IMG/VR virus record: IMGVR_UViG_2773857766_000003
Coordinates: 14,219-78,218 of that record
DNA from: a virus
Taxonomy: Duplodnaviria > Caudoviricetes
Strand: one strand, 5' to 3'
DNA length: 64,000 nucleotides
Made by a program: the position numbers and the translations under genes. The number at the start of each line of letters is the position of its first letter. Within the stretch, counting starts at the first letter, position 1. The notes below the pieces were generated by a model. That model was not told the DNA's origin. It ran no database searches and was given only the letters and a program-made list of their open reading frames with translations. Shown here piece by piece: positions 46,369 to 55,371 of this stretch.

Positions 46369-47037
46369 TCAGCCCTCGTCGTGCTCAGGATCGCGCGCCA
46401 CGGGCTGGAAGGCGGACGCGCCGCTGCCGGTGATCGCCTTCAGCATCCGGGTCAGGCCATCGACCGGCGCCGCTTCCTTGTCGTTCATCCCGAAGGCCTG
46501 GCGCTCCATGTCCACCAGCTTCTGCAGGCTCTCGGCCAGCACCTTCATGGTCTTGGACCGCTCGGGCAGGCTGATCACCGCCTGATACACCTCGTTCAGG
46601 CGATCGCGTCCGGTCTTCTCGTCCGGGTTCTTCAGCAGCTCGCCCAGCTCCTCCAGCAGCACCAGGGTATCCGGGTCGGTCTGGCGTTCCAGCTCATCCA
46701 GCAGCGCGTTCGTCAGCCGGCGCGCACGGTGGATGTCGCGACGGTGCGCCAGCCGCACGTCGGCGACGGCGTGGGCGTTGGCATCCACCACCGCCTGCTC
46801 TTTGATCCTGGTATCCGCGGATACCGGAGTGGATACCGCCGCCCTGGATACCAGGGCGTCCGCCTTGGCGTGGATCTTCTCGGACAGGTCGCGCTCCCAT
46901 CCGTCCCGCTTCGCGCGCTTGTTGATGGCGCCGTGCGTGATGCCGTGCTCCTCCGCGATCTGGCGCAGGGTCTTGATGCCGGCCCGGTAGTCCAGCTCGA
47001 TGCGCTCCCAGTCCGGCGCGGGCTTCGAATTGCTCAT
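46369..47037 (-). CDS. terS: Terminase small subunit
   Basis: PDWERIELDYRAG..TLRQIA HTH, KRAKRDGW. Confidence 0.85.
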   Translation of the reverse strand: MSNSKPAPDWERIELDYRAGIKTLRQIAEEHGITHGAINKRAKRDGWERDLSEKIHAKADALVSRAAVSTPVSADTRIKEQAVVDANAHAVADVRLAHRRDIHRARRLTNALLDELERQTDPDTLVLLEELGELLKNPDEKTGRDRLNEVYQAVISLPERSKTMKVLAESLQKLVDMERQAFGMNDKEAAPVDGLTRMLKAITGSGASAFQPVARDPEHDEG

Positions 47038-47047
47038 GAGCCGAAGC

Positions 47048-47062
47048 TGTCAGGCTTGGCAC
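47048..47062 (-). promoter_or_regulatory. Late-gene motif copy 8
   Basis: GTGCCAAGCCTGACA, 10 nt before the terS ATG, no SD. Confidence 0.78.
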
Positions 47063-47218
47063 GGAGACAGAGCCGAAAAGGCAACCGCGGGCGCTGACAG
47101 TCGCGCAAGGAACCCCAACCCATCCGAGACTAAAGAAAAACTCCCTATAGCCAAAAAAGTGCAGTAGAATCCACAAAACCAACTATCCAACCTTTAAACC
47201 ATATAAGGATGACCTAAC

Positions 47219-47524
47219 ATGAGCCTTACGATGCACCAACTTGACGATTTCATTGATACGACCATCAATCGGATGTCTGGCGAGAGCGGTGTTAAGACCG
47301 GCCGTTTCTATGTTGAACTCCGTTCTCTCCAGCAGCGCGTCACCCAGAATTTGGTGGACCAGTGCATTGCTCTGTGCGCTCGCCGCGGCCTTCAAGCTGA
47401 ACGCGACGGCGACGGCCTGATTGTCCACGTCAATTTGGACACCTGCGCCTTGAACCCGCAGCAGTCGGCAGCCTACAACGTGGCTCTTAATTACACGCGA
47501 CGCATTCACGGCAACTTCATTTGA
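47219..47524 (+). CDS. Antisense moron, hypothetical 101 aa
   Basis: AT-rich upstream region, TAAGGA RBS, lower GC, own terminator. Confidence 0.75.
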   Translation: MSLTMHQLDDFIDTTINRMSGESGVKTGRFYVELRSLQQRVTQNLVDQCIALCARRGLQAERDGDGLIVHVNLDTCALNPQQSAAYNVALNYTRRIHGNFI

Positions 47525-47582
47525 AATGTCTTGCCAGCGGTATCTTCTTCACTATTTTTGAACGGAGTGGTTGGCACCGCGC

Positions 47583-48185
47583 CTACGCCCTATACCAGCC
47601 CGCCTGTGCGGGCTTTTTCGCGCCCTCCTGCCGCCGTACTCGCGCGAGCACCTGCGCTAACTGCCGGGCGATCTCCATTCCCAGCCGCCTTTCCAGCCAA
47701 TCGGTTGGCGCGCGGTAGAGGGCGTCTTCGGAAATGGCGTAAACCACATCCCCGCCGTCCAGCGTCACACGCATGTGAATCTGGGAATCGAGGTCTCGCG
47801 AGCCGGGCGGGCGGCTCTCGAGGTCCACCAGCAGCGTGCACATGCGTTGGACCTTCAGCGTAGCGTCTTCCTTGGCGACGTTCGCTGTGATGTCGTCCAC
47901 ATCCATCCGCATCTGCGGCCCCGGCCGCGGCACGGCCTCGAAGTCACCGCCAGCTCGGCCGAAGGGATGCCGGCCCGCATGTTTCGGCGGCAGGGCGATG
48001 GAGGTGCCCAGCATCTCGCGCGCCTCGTCCAGCACGTCCTCGAGGGCGTGCACCTCCTGCCGCATCTTTTCGGCGCGGCTGGCCTGGCCGCGCGCCGCTT
48101 CAAGGCGGGTTTCCGCCAGCTGCTGCGCCGCCTGCAGGGCCTCTCGGGCCCGGCGCCGCTGGTTGCGGCCGAATCTCTGTGCCAT
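47583..48185 (-). CDS. Hypothetical protein
   Basis: RFGRNQRRRARE N-terminus; RBS AAGGA. Confidence 0.72.
   Translation of the reverse strand: MAQRFGRNQRRRAREALQAAQQLAETRLEAARGQASRAEKMRQEVHALEDVLDEAREMLGTSIALPPKHAGRHPFGRAGGDFEAVPRPGPQMRMDVDDITANVAKEDATLKVQRMCTLLVDLESRPPGSRDLDSQIHMRVTLDGGDVVYAISEDALYRAPTDWLERRLGMEIARQLAQVLARVRRQEGAKKPAQAGWYRA
47597..47618 (+). terminator. Intrinsic terminator for the antisense moron
   Basis: AGCCCGC-ctgt-GCGGGCT-TTTT. Confidence 0.7.
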
Positions 48186-48188
48186 CGC

Positions 48189-48506
48189 TCAATTTCCTTT
48201 CAACTTGTAGCGCGCCACAGGCTTGCGCCCGGGCAGTTCGGCCGTCTCGGCCAGGATGAAGCCCTGCCCCGCCAGGTACTGCAGGGCCCAATCCACCTCT
48301 CCCTTGGAGCGGCCCAGGGCCAGCACCAGTTCGACGTGAAAGAACCAGCGGAGGGGATGCAGGCGGAGGAAGCGCAGCAGCACGTCCGTCCCGCTGCCCG
48401 GACGGATCACGCCGGCCGGCCGAGGGTTCGTGTGCTGCGGACGCGGGGGTTCCTGGCGGGCACCAATCTGGGCCGCCAGCCAATCCATGGGGTCATTCAT
48501 CGTCAT
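48189..48506 (-). CDS. Winged-helix DNA-binding protein
   Basis: ELVLALGRSKGEVDWALQYLAGQGFI..RYKL; TGATG-coupled. Confidence 0.7.
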   Translation of the reverse strand: MTMNDPMDWLAAQIGARQEPPRPQHTNPRPAGVIRPGSGTDVLLRFLRLHPLRWFFHVELVLALGRSKGEVDWALQYLAGQGFILAETAELPGRKPVARYKLKGN

Positions 48507-49000
48507 CAGGAAGGAAGGTCCACGAAAACAGGCGTCCGCAGGGACTTCGGCCAAAGCCCCAGCGCCCAAATCTGCCGTTGGGTGTCCGCTACCCAGGCGC
48601 GTTCGATCTCACGGCGAGCCAGCTTCGTGAACAAAGCCCCCTGATCGAACAGCGCATGGCAACCGCGCACGCCGGGCCGGTCCATGCAGAGAGGGAAGCT
48701 CTCGAGGTCGCACACCTTGAGCGATGCGCCCTTGCCCGTGTTCGCGTGCGCACACTGGCTCAGCCCGGGCACGCCACAGAACTTGCAGGGCAGCTGGGCC
48801 ACCAGGTGCCGGTAGAGGCGGCTGCGCACGAACACAGTCTTGGGCACCGCGAGCGCTGGCGAACCACACGGCGCGTGCACCGCCGCCCGTGGCGTCACCT
48901 CCGCCATGGCGCGCGCAGCGCGGGCGGCCAGGCGCACCTCGCGATCAGGTGCCGGAGCGGCCGGCCGGGGCGCGCGGCGAAACCCAGTGCGGCGCATCAC
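48506..49000 (-). CDS. Zn/HNH-like nin-region protein (DUF968/DUF1364-like)
   Basis: LPCKFCG..CAHAN.GKG..K..D..PLC..CH..FD. Confidence 0.75.
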   Translation of the reverse strand: MMRRTGFRRAPRPAAPAPDREVRLAARAARAMAEVTPRAAVHAPCGSPALAVPKTVFVRSRLYRHLVAQLPCKFCGVPGLSQCAHANTGKGASLKVCDLESFPLCMDRPGVRGCHALFDQGALFTKLARREIERAWVADTQRQIWALGLWPKSLRTPVFVDLPS

Positions 49001-49260
49001 GCTGCACCTCCGCCGCCCTGCTCTGCCGCCTTGAGCCGTTCCAGCTCCTTTCGCGCGCGCTCCACCAGGTTGGCGTTGATCTGCCGCTGGAAGCGGATGA
49101 CGCAGCTGGCCAGGTACTTCGACTGGGCGGGCGTGAGCTGCTTGCCGCGCCGCGTCTGGGAGAACCAGACCATCGAATCCACGAACTTCAAGCAGCTGCA
49201 GCGCGGCGGGAACTTGACGCGGGCCAGCGCGGTTGTGAAGGTCAGCTCCGTGTCGGTCAT
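48997..49260 (-). CDS. Hypothetical protein
   Basis: MTDTEL start, overlapping-stop coupling on both sides. Confidence 0.62.
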   Translation of the reverse strand: MTDTELTFTTALARVKFPPRCSCLKFVDSMVWFSQTRRGKQLTPAQSKYLASCVIRFQRQINANLVERARKELERLKAAEQGGGGAA

Positions 49261-49721
49261 CGAGCAGCCCCCGAGGCGGCCGCGATGCGCTGCCGAGGCA
49301 ACCGTGGCCGCGGGGGACGGCACGCCGCGAAGTAGACGTAGGCCACCAGCCCCACGCCGCTGACGACGCTGAACAGCATGTACCGCCGGACCTCCAAGCC
49401 AGATGCGAGTAGCAGCACCAGCAACGTCAGGCGGACCAGCAGCAAGGCCAGAAGCCCCCAACGCAGGCCGCTCCTGGCCCCCATGGCGGCGAGCACTACG
49501 GGTTCGCGCGCCACGAGGAACAGGACCACGATGCAGCCCAGAGAGAGCCCGACCAGCGCCAGGCCCACAGCTCCCCAATCCTGCTCCAGCGCAGCGCCAA
49601 CCAGCGTCAGCACGGCCATCATGAGCGCGCACTGCTCGGAGAGCCATCCGGGGCTGCGCTGCACCCAGTCCACGACGTGCTGGTGCTGCGCCAACAGCCA
49701 GCGATCGAATTCACGCACCAT
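49257..49721 (-). CDS. 4-TM membrane protein
   Basis: Hydrophobic helices, YFAACRPPRP end. Confidence 0.68.
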   Translation of the reverse strand: MVREFDRWLLAQHQHVVDWVQRSPGWLSEQCALMMAVLTLVGAALEQDWGAVGLALVGLSLGCIVVLFLVAREPVVLAAMGARSGLRWGLLALLLVRLTLLVLLLASGLEVRRYMLFSVVSGVGLVAYVYFAACRPPRPRLPRQRIAAASGAAR

Positions 49722-50217
49722 TCGTCATACCTCCCAAGATTTCTCCGGTGTCCGGATCGACGTTCATCTGCTCCCACTGGTCGAACGTCGCTGGGAAGAT
49801 GACGCCCAGCTCTGTCGCCGCCCAGGCGCTCACGCGGTCGATGTATTCGCTGTACGCCCGCACGCCCAGGTCTTCGGTGCTCACCCGCTGCCGGCGCCGC
49901 GACTTCCGCCCCGTCACCGGGTTGATGGTGGTCACGGTCTTGTGGCCCAGGAACTCGCGGCGGATGTGCTCCTTCCAGACGGCCAAGGGGAAGCGCTGCC
50001 CGCCCGGCATGGCCTGCCGGGCGATGCTCTGCAGCACCACGCCGTGCAGGTAGCGGCGCTGCCGGTCGGTCTTGTCGTCCTCGTACAGCCGGGCCTCGAT
50101 CACCAGGCGGCGGCCGGCGCGCAGCTGCTCGCCCGCCCAGGGCAGGAAAGAGGCCTTGCAGTTGCGGGCGCCCTGCTCGGCGTTGTGCCAAGTGGCACGG
50201 AACTGGATGTCAGGCAT
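49711..50217 (-). CDS. NinB/Orf-like recombination protein
   Basis: T.RQRRYLHG, WKE, STEDL....SEYI..V.AWA..LGV.F. Confidence 0.78.
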   Translation of the reverse strand: MPDIQFRATWHNAEQGARNCKASFLPWAGEQLRAGRRLVIEARLYEDDKTDRQRRYLHGVVLQSIARQAMPGGQRFPLAVWKEHIRREFLGHKTVTTINPVTGRKSRRRQRVSTEDLGVRAYSEYIDRVSAWAATELGVIFPATFDQWEQMNVDPDTGEILGGMTNGA

Positions 50218-50422
50218 GCGCGCCCTCCTCGAAAAGATCCCGGGTCCGCCGATCGGCAACCGGGGATGGAACAGCGGAGGCGCCGGCAAGCCGCAAAGCC
50301 CCAGCACCCTTCCGGGCCTTGTCCATGAGCCCCGCGCGGCGCGCGCAATGCGGGCCGACGGGCATCAGGCCGATGAACAGCGTGGGCCGGGCCATGGGCC
50401 GCCCGCACAGGCAGCAGTGCAT
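50210..50422 (-). CDS. Small zinc-finger protein
   Basis: CCLCGRP...VGPHCAR. Confidence 0.68.
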   Translation of the reverse strand: MHCCLCGRPMARPTLFIGLMPVGPHCARRAGLMDKARKGAGALRLAGASAVPSPVADRRTRDLFEEGAHA

Positions 50423-50865
50423 CACCGGCCTCCCTTGCGCAGGTCGGCGGCGCGGCGGTAGGGCCATGCGACCATGCCGGCATCGCGGCTGTGCTCGTTC
50501 GATGGGCCCGCCCACCCGGTGATGCGCGCGAACGCATCCGCGTTCAGCTTGCCGCCCTTCCCGGCGGGGCTGATGCTGTGGGCGGGTATGCCCAACTCGC
50601 CGCACACTTCGGTGATGAGGCCGCACCACGCGTCAACGGTGCCCACGTTGCGGGCCATCTTGGCGCTCGCCGCCGCGCTCTTGGCGCGCGTCCAGACGTG
50701 GCTCTGCAGCCGGGAGTCCTCGAAGACAACCCGGTCCGGCATGCGGTCGCGGATGGTCCGCTCGATGTGATGCGGCGGAATCGTCTCCAGGCGGGTCAGC
50801 TCGCCGTCCACGTAGGTGGCAACGCCCGTGTGAGCCCCCGGATCCATTCCAAGGATCAGCGACAT
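50422..50865 (-). CDS. RuvC-like Holliday junction resolvase
   Basis: ILGMDPG..TG, VVFED, NEHSRDA. Confidence 0.8.
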   Translation of the reverse strand: MSLILGMDPGAHTGVATYVDGELTRLETIPPHHIERTIRDRMPDRVVFEDSRLQSHVWTRAKSAAASAKMARNVGTVDAWCGLITEVCGELGIPAHSISPAGKGGKLNADAFARITGWAGPSNEHSRDAGMVAWPYRRAADLRKGGR

Positions 50866-51038
50866 GGGGCCCTCCCGCAGAAGAGCGCCAGCGCTTCGTT
50901 CTGACGCGCCTTCATGTCTCGCAGGGCTGCGCTGGGCGTTGCACCGCAGCCGGTGATGGACAAGGCGAACAACCCACGCTCCACGCATATCCACCGGCCG
51001 CCCACGAAGCGGATCAGGGGCTTCGGTCGCTTCAGCAT
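50856..51038 (-). CDS. Hypothetical protein
   Basis: KP.IR...GRWIC..G.G.TP..A; overlaps both neighbours by a few nt. Confidence 0.6.
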   Translation of the reverse strand: MLKRPKPLIRFVGGRWICVERGLFALSITGCGATPSAALRDMKARQNEALALFCGRAPCR

Positions 51039-52171
51039 GCCGACCTCCCGCCCAGCCCCGCGAACGGGCTCGCCACCACGTAGTCGCGATAGCTCCGGCC
51101 GGCGCGGGCGTCCTGCACCACCGATTTGGTCTTCCCCAACTGGCGCGCCAGCTCGGCACCCGTGAGGGGGCTGGTGCGGATCAGCTCCACCTGCTCGGGG
51201 GACAGCGACCCGACCTTGTGCCGGATGGCGGCCGACACCAGCCGGCCATGCTTTTCGCCGCCGAAGCCGATGGAGGCGAAGGCCTTGCGCATCGCAGCGC
51301 CGCGCGTCACCTGCTTGTGGTGCTCATGGTTGCAGCAGCCCGGCGTCTCGCACGTCCCGGTGAGCGTGTGGCCTTTCTTCAGCTCTTTCCCGTGCACGGC
51401 CGTCCACAGCACGATGTCCACGCGTTTGACGTTGCCGTCGTGGCGCGTCAGGGGGTGGCCCTGCGGGCTGCGCGCGCCGCTCCAGCGCAGGCAGTCGCAT
51501 CCCACTGGCTCGCACCGCAGCAGGATTTCCTGCTCGATGTCGGCGGGCGTGCGCACGTAGTCCGGCAGCACGTAGCGCCAGCTGCCGTCCACGCCGCGGA
51601 TGTTGACCTTGCCCGCGCGGCGCAGCTTGTGCACGCGCTGCCGGGTGTACACGCGGCCGCGCCCCGTCAGCTCCGCCAGGTGCTCCAGCCGCATGGGCTG
51701 GTGCTGGGCGATCAACGCGAGCAGATCACCGTCGTAGGGCTCGGGCCGCGAGCCCCCGGGCGCGATGTAGCGGCCGAAGGGCACCCACTTCCGATGTCCA
51801 TTGAACGCCGCCAGCTTGATCCGCTGGGCCCGCGCCATCCTGCGCAGCACCAGCCCCATTGCCAGCTCTGGGGACTGTGCCAGCTCCGCCAGCTCGCGGG
51901 TGCTCATCTCCTGGCCGGTAAGGGCCTTGAGGATTCGGGCAGGCTTCCAGGGGCACCGTGCGATCAGCACGTCCACGGCCACCCATGCGGTGTCCTTCTG
52001 GGGCTTCGTGGCGACCGGCCGGGCCAGCAGGCGCTCGCGCGCGTCTTCCAACACGATGGCCAGGCGCTCAGCGTCCCAGCCCGTCGCGGCGCGCAGCTCG
52101 CTCTCGCGGGCGGAGCCCCCGGCAGCCGTCAGCGCCTGCAGCAACTGCGTGCGGGCCTTCTTCGTAGTCAT
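51032..52171 (-). CDS. Multi-wHTH protein with degenerate HNH-like domain and C-terminal HTH
   Basis: Three wHTH-like repeats; CLRWSGA..G.P..CETPGCCNHEH. Confidence 0.72.
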   Translation of the reverse strand: MTTKKARTQLLQALTAAGGSARESELRAATGWDAERLAIVLEDARERLLARPVATKPQKDTAWVAVDVLIARCPWKPARILKALTGQEMSTRELAELAQSPELAMGLVLRRMARAQRIKLAAFNGHRKWVPFGRYIAPGGSRPEPYDGDLLALIAQHQPMRLEHLAELTGRGRVYTRQRVHKLRRAGKVNIRGVDGSWRYVLPDYVRTPADIEQEILLRCEPVGCDCLRWSGARSPQGHPLTRHDGNVKRVDIVLWTAVHGKELKKGHTLTGTCETPGCCNHEHHKQVTRGAAMRKAFASIGFGGEKHGRLVSAAIRHKVGSLSPEQVELIRTSPLTGAELARQLGKTKSVVQDARAGRSYRDYVVASPFAGLGGRSAC

Positions 52172-52213
52172 GCATGCCCCCTCTCGCGCGAGTTCGCAGC
52201 CAGGGCGAGCACT

Positions 52214-52471
52214 TCAGCCATGGCTCGCCTCCTTTTGGGCCACGTCCACAGTGACCCACTCGCCCGTTTCCTTGATCTGCAGCTTCACCTGCGTGCACTC
52301 GCCTACTGCTCCATCGTCCACCCAGGTGAAGCCGATAGACTGCGCACCCTCTTGAACAGCGCACCGCGCATAAATGCGCCAAACCACCAGATCCGGCAGC
52401 AGCCGGGCGAACTGTTCGTCATCAAACTGCAGCAGGTCGTTGATGCTGCGGATCTCGTACTGCTCAGCCAT
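52214..52471 (-). CDS. Hypothetical protein
   Basis: AGGAGG RBS, YEIRSINDLL..FTWVDDG. Confidence 0.7.
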   Translation of the reverse strand: MAEQYEIRSINDLLQFDDEQFARLLPDLVVWRIYARCAVQEGAQSIGFTWVDDGAVGECTQVKLQIKETGEWVTVDVAQKEASHG

Positions 52472-52703
52472 GAGCAACCTCCTTGCGCACGAAGCGCAGC
52501 TTCCCCACGGCGTTGCGCTCGAGCAGGCCGTGGCGAATGAGTGCGGCGACGTGGGTGTCCGCCGCGTTAGAGGATTTCCAGCCGAACTCCTTGGCGACGA
52601 ACGCCACGGGCGGGAGCTGGTCGTTCTCCGTGAAGAACTTGCGCATGAAGGCAAGCACCTCCAGTTGCCGAGGCGACGGCCCGACGTCGGGTTGCTGGGT
52701 CAC
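52464..52703 (-). CDS. LexA N-terminal-like wHTH protein
   Basis: SPRQLEVL.F....END.LPP...A..FG.KS.NAA..H..AL...G.LER. Confidence 0.8.
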   Translation of the reverse strand: MTQQPDVGPSPRQLEVLAFMRKFFTENDQLPPVAFVAKEFGWKSSNAADTHVAALIRHGLLERNAVGKLRFVRKEVAHG

Positions 52704-53491
52704 GCTGCACCTCCTGCCTGCTGGGCCGCCAAGTGCTCGTTCACCTGGCGCTGAATCTCGGCCTTCCTCTCCTGCAGAGCGCGGTGTTCTTCCCGGACTG
52801 CGCGATCGCGGGCTTCCTCGTCCGCGCGCCGGCGGTCGGCCAGGGTTGCACGCAGTTCAGCCAGGCGGGCGCGCACATTCGGCGGCGCGCCCGGAAAATC
52901 CACCGCCTTGCCCTCCAGCAGCGCCACGGCATCGATGGCGGGCGCCGCGAGCTTCAGCACGCGGTGCTTGTCCGCGGCCTCCGCGCTGATCCGGCCCAGC
53001 TGCACCGCCTTGTCCAGCGCCACCTCGCGGCCGTCCTTGTCCCAGCCCAGGGATACGCTTACCTCCGGTGGGGTGCGGCTGTCGCGGGCAATCCGCACCA
53101 GCCGCTCGTAGGCCGCGATGAAGGCCATGCGGGCGCCCACCATGTCGCCTTCGGCGGCGAGAGACTTCGCCACCAGCCACGCATCCGACATTTCGTTGGT
53201 CCACACAACTGTGGCCCGCTCGTCCATCGCCTCGACCGCCAGGGCCCAAGCCTCGTTCGCAGCCGGCCGGCCCATAACCTCATCGATGCGGTCCAGGATC
53301 GACTTCGGCGTGAGGCGGCCGGTGTGCTCGTTCCGCAGGCGGGACAGCGCCCGGCCCAGCACCTCCTTCGGATAGCTGCTCAGGTCATCGGCCAGCATCG
53401 CCGCCGCAGGGGGCGTTATGGGGAAGCCGAGCAATTCGGCAGTGCCCACCAGCTGCTCCAGCAGCCATTCCATGTCGTTCTCGTTCAGCAT
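52700..53491 (-). CDS. Replication partner protein (helicase loader/P-like position)
   Basis: P.ANEAW..A, ARMAF..AYERLV; follows the initiator. Confidence 0.7.
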   Translation of the reverse strand: MLNENDMEWLLEQLVGTAELLGFPITPPAAAMLADDLSSYPKEVLGRALSRLRNEHTGRLTPKSILDRIDEVMGRPAANEAWALAVEAMDERATVVWTNEMSDAWLVAKSLAAEGDMVGARMAFIAAYERLVRIARDSRTPPEVSVSLGWDKDGREVALDKAVQLGRISAEAADKHRVLKLAAPAIDAVALLEGKAVDFPGAPPNVRARLAELRATLADRRRADEEARDRAVREEHRALQERKAEIQRQVNEHLAAQQAGGAA

Positions 53492-54387
53492 GCGTTCGCC
53501 TCCGCGCGGCGTTGCCGCAGGATCGTCATGGCCTCACCGGCCGTGTCGTAGTTGGCTTGGGATTGGTCCACCTGCTTGGCGCGGGTGCTGGTGATCGCCG
53601 CACCGTTGAACCACTGGGTGCGGTAGCCCTCGGCGCGTGTCAGGAGCTGGCCGAAGTCGTGGACCAGGCGCACGACAAATGCCTCGTTCACGGCGTCCAC
53701 GAAGAAGGCAGCCACGGCCGGTGATTCGTCATGCCCGATGCGCTGCACGAACTGCTTCACCTTGGCGTTCACCGCCTGATTGCGCACGGGCTTGGTCTTG
53801 TAGCGTCGCTGGTAGGCCTCGCTGTACGCCGCCCAGGTCTGCCGGCATGCAGCCTGCAGAGCGGTTTCCTTCTCGTCCACCGGCTCGGCCTTGACCTTCG
53901 GCGCGGTCGGCGCAGCCGGCTGCAAGATGGTCAGTTCATTGGTCTGTTCAATGGTCTGTTCTTTGCCCCTAGCCGCATCGGCTACGGGGGGGGTAGCCGA
54001 TTGGGCTACGGGTGGGGTAGCCGGATCGGCTACCGTAGCCGATTGGGCTACCGTAGCTTCTTCGGCTACCGTAGCCGGATGGGCTACCGTAGCCTGTTCG
54101 GCTACGGTTTCTTCAGGGCTGCACAAGGTGTAGCGGCTGGCCTTCGAGTGCCCACCGCTGCCTACCTTTTTCAGCCAGCCGAGCCCCACCAGCGCGGTGG
54201 TGGCGGCGCTGATGTTCGATGGGTGCATGCCGGTGCGCTCGGAAATCTTCGCGCGGGAAGGCCACACGGTGTCCGTGACCTTGTTCCGGAACGAAAAGAG
54301 CGCGATCAGCACACGCGTCTGCTCCAACGTCAGCCGCTTGTCCAGAATCACCTCGATAGGCACCAGGGAGAATTGGCCTTCCGTCAC
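53485..54387 (-). CDS. Replication initiator (O-like, N-terminal HTH)
   Basis: WPSRAKISERTG..L...GWL; internal iterons. Confidence 0.82.
   Translation of the reverse strand: MTEGQFSLVPIEVILDKRLTLEQTRVLIALFSFRNKVTDTVWPSRAKISERTGMHPSNISAATTALVGLGWLKKVGSGGHSKASRYTLCSPEETVAEQATVAHPATVAEEATVAQSATVADPATPPVAQSATPPVADAARGKEQTIEQTNELTILQPAAPTAPKVKAEPVDEKETALQAACRQTWAAYSEAYQRRYKTKPVRNQAVNAKVKQFVQRIGHDESPAVAAFFVDAVNEAFVVRLVHDFGQLLTRAEGYRTQWFNGAAITSTRAKQVDQSQANYDTAGEAMTILRQRRAEANAC
53969..54108. repeat. Replication origin iterons inside the initiator gene
   Basis: Seven palindromic (G)TAGC-N-GGCTAC units; GGCTAC at 53980, 54004, 54028, 54046, 54064, 54082, 54100 (spacing 24,24,18,18,18,18). Confidence 0.85.
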
Positions 54388-54740
54388 GCGAGCGACCTCC
54401 CGCGGGCGTACACGCGCCCGCCGGCCGTACCGTGGCCCTTCACCCTGGGCGCGTAGCCCACGGGCTCCAGCAGCCCCTGCTTGATCGCCTTCGCGAACAC
54501 CGGGCCAAAGGCGCGATCGTCCGGCGGCCGTAGGCCGGCCAGCTTGGCGGAGTTGGTGATGTCCTCGCCGCGCAGCGTGGCGCCGGCAGGGGCTGCCAGC
54601 ATCGTCTCGCGGATGTGCGCCAGCGCCAGCTCGCTGAAGCCGGGGGCGTCCTCGTTGGCGCGCTGCTCCGCCCGGGCTCCGGCCTCAGTCCCGAGCTTGC
54701 GCGCCATGCGCGTGCGGGTGATGAAAGGTACGCCAGCCAT
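54384..54740 (-). CDS. Hypothetical protein
   Basis: PPDDRAFGPVF..A...G motif; coupled to neighbours. Confidence 0.7.
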   Translation of the reverse strand: MAGVPFITRTRMARKLGTEAGARAEQRANEDAPGFSELALAHIRETMLAAPAGATLRGEDITNSAKLAGLRPPDDRAFGPVFAKAIKQGLLEPVGYAPRVKGHGTAGGRVYARGRSLA

Positions 54741-55039
54741 CACGCCACCTCGCCCGATTCGGGGGCCCCAAACGGCCCTACCAGCTTCGCGATGGCGTCT
54801 GCACACTGCGCCTCATGACTGATTTTTTCAATCACCATCTGTCGGTAGGTCTTACCGTGCACCAGCGCGTACACGCAGTCGCGCAGCACGTTGGCGGTGT
54901 CGGTGCGACGCAAGGCGCAGTGCTGCAGGAACAGCGCATGCGTGTGCTCATCGACCTTCGTCTTCAGGTCGTTCTCGAGCTTTCCGAGTGGCCCGGAAAT
55001 GCCGCGTGCGAATTGAGGAACGTGGTTCCGGTTAGGCAT
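54740..55039 (-). CDS. CII-position regulator (ribbon-helix-helix-like)
   Basis: Follows cro; GGAGG RBS. Confidence 0.6.
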   Translation of the reverse strand: MPNRNHVPQFARGISGPLGKLENDLKTKVDEHTHALFLQHCALRRTDTANVLRDCVYALVHGKTYRQMVIEKISHEAQCADAIAKLVGPFGAPESGEVA

Positions 55040-55292
55040 GAACCACCTCCCCAGCCGGTGGCGCTGCTGGCTCCGCTGCAGACGATCTGATGTAGGCCCA
55101 GTCCACGTCCGGGCGCAGGTCTTCACAGCGCACTGCCCCATCGTTGAGGCGTTCGAGCACGGGGCAGTGCTCGGCCGGTAGCTGGCGCTTCCCATCGCGC
55201 CAGAAGCACACGGCCTGCACCGTGCACCGCAGCTCGTGGGCCACCTTTGCGGGGCCGCCCGCCCCTTGGATCGCTCGTTGAATCGCGTTCAT
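55032..55292 (-). CDS. cro: Cro-like regulator (YdaS-type)
   Basis: GGPAKVA..L....AV..W..G, EDLRPDVDW. Confidence 0.88.
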   Translation of the reverse strand: MNAIQRAIQGAGGPAKVAHELRCTVQAVCFWRDGKRQLPAEHCPVLERLNDGAVRCEDLRPDVDWAYIRSSAAEPAAPPAGEVVHA

Positions 55293-55300
55293 GCGCGAAT

Positions 55301-55361
55301 TCTACATGTGTAGATGTGCAATTTCAACGAATGTATCTGGCGCTGGTTCTACATTTGTTTA
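55301..55361. promoter_or_regulatory. Three operators between cro and cI (OR-like)
   Basis: TCTACatgtGTAGA (55301), TCAACgaatGTATC (55324), TCTACatttGTTTA (55348). Confidence 0.82.
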
Positions 55362-55371
55362 GTCTTCGGGT

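Noticed and set aside
18420-47062. The late motif as a sigma54 promoter (contains TGGCA)
   Set aside because: TGGCA is on the non-coding orientation and there is no correctly spaced TTGC -12 element.
53969-54108. Iteron repeats as a novel element
   Set aside because: Explained as a lambda-O-type origin inside the initiator gene.
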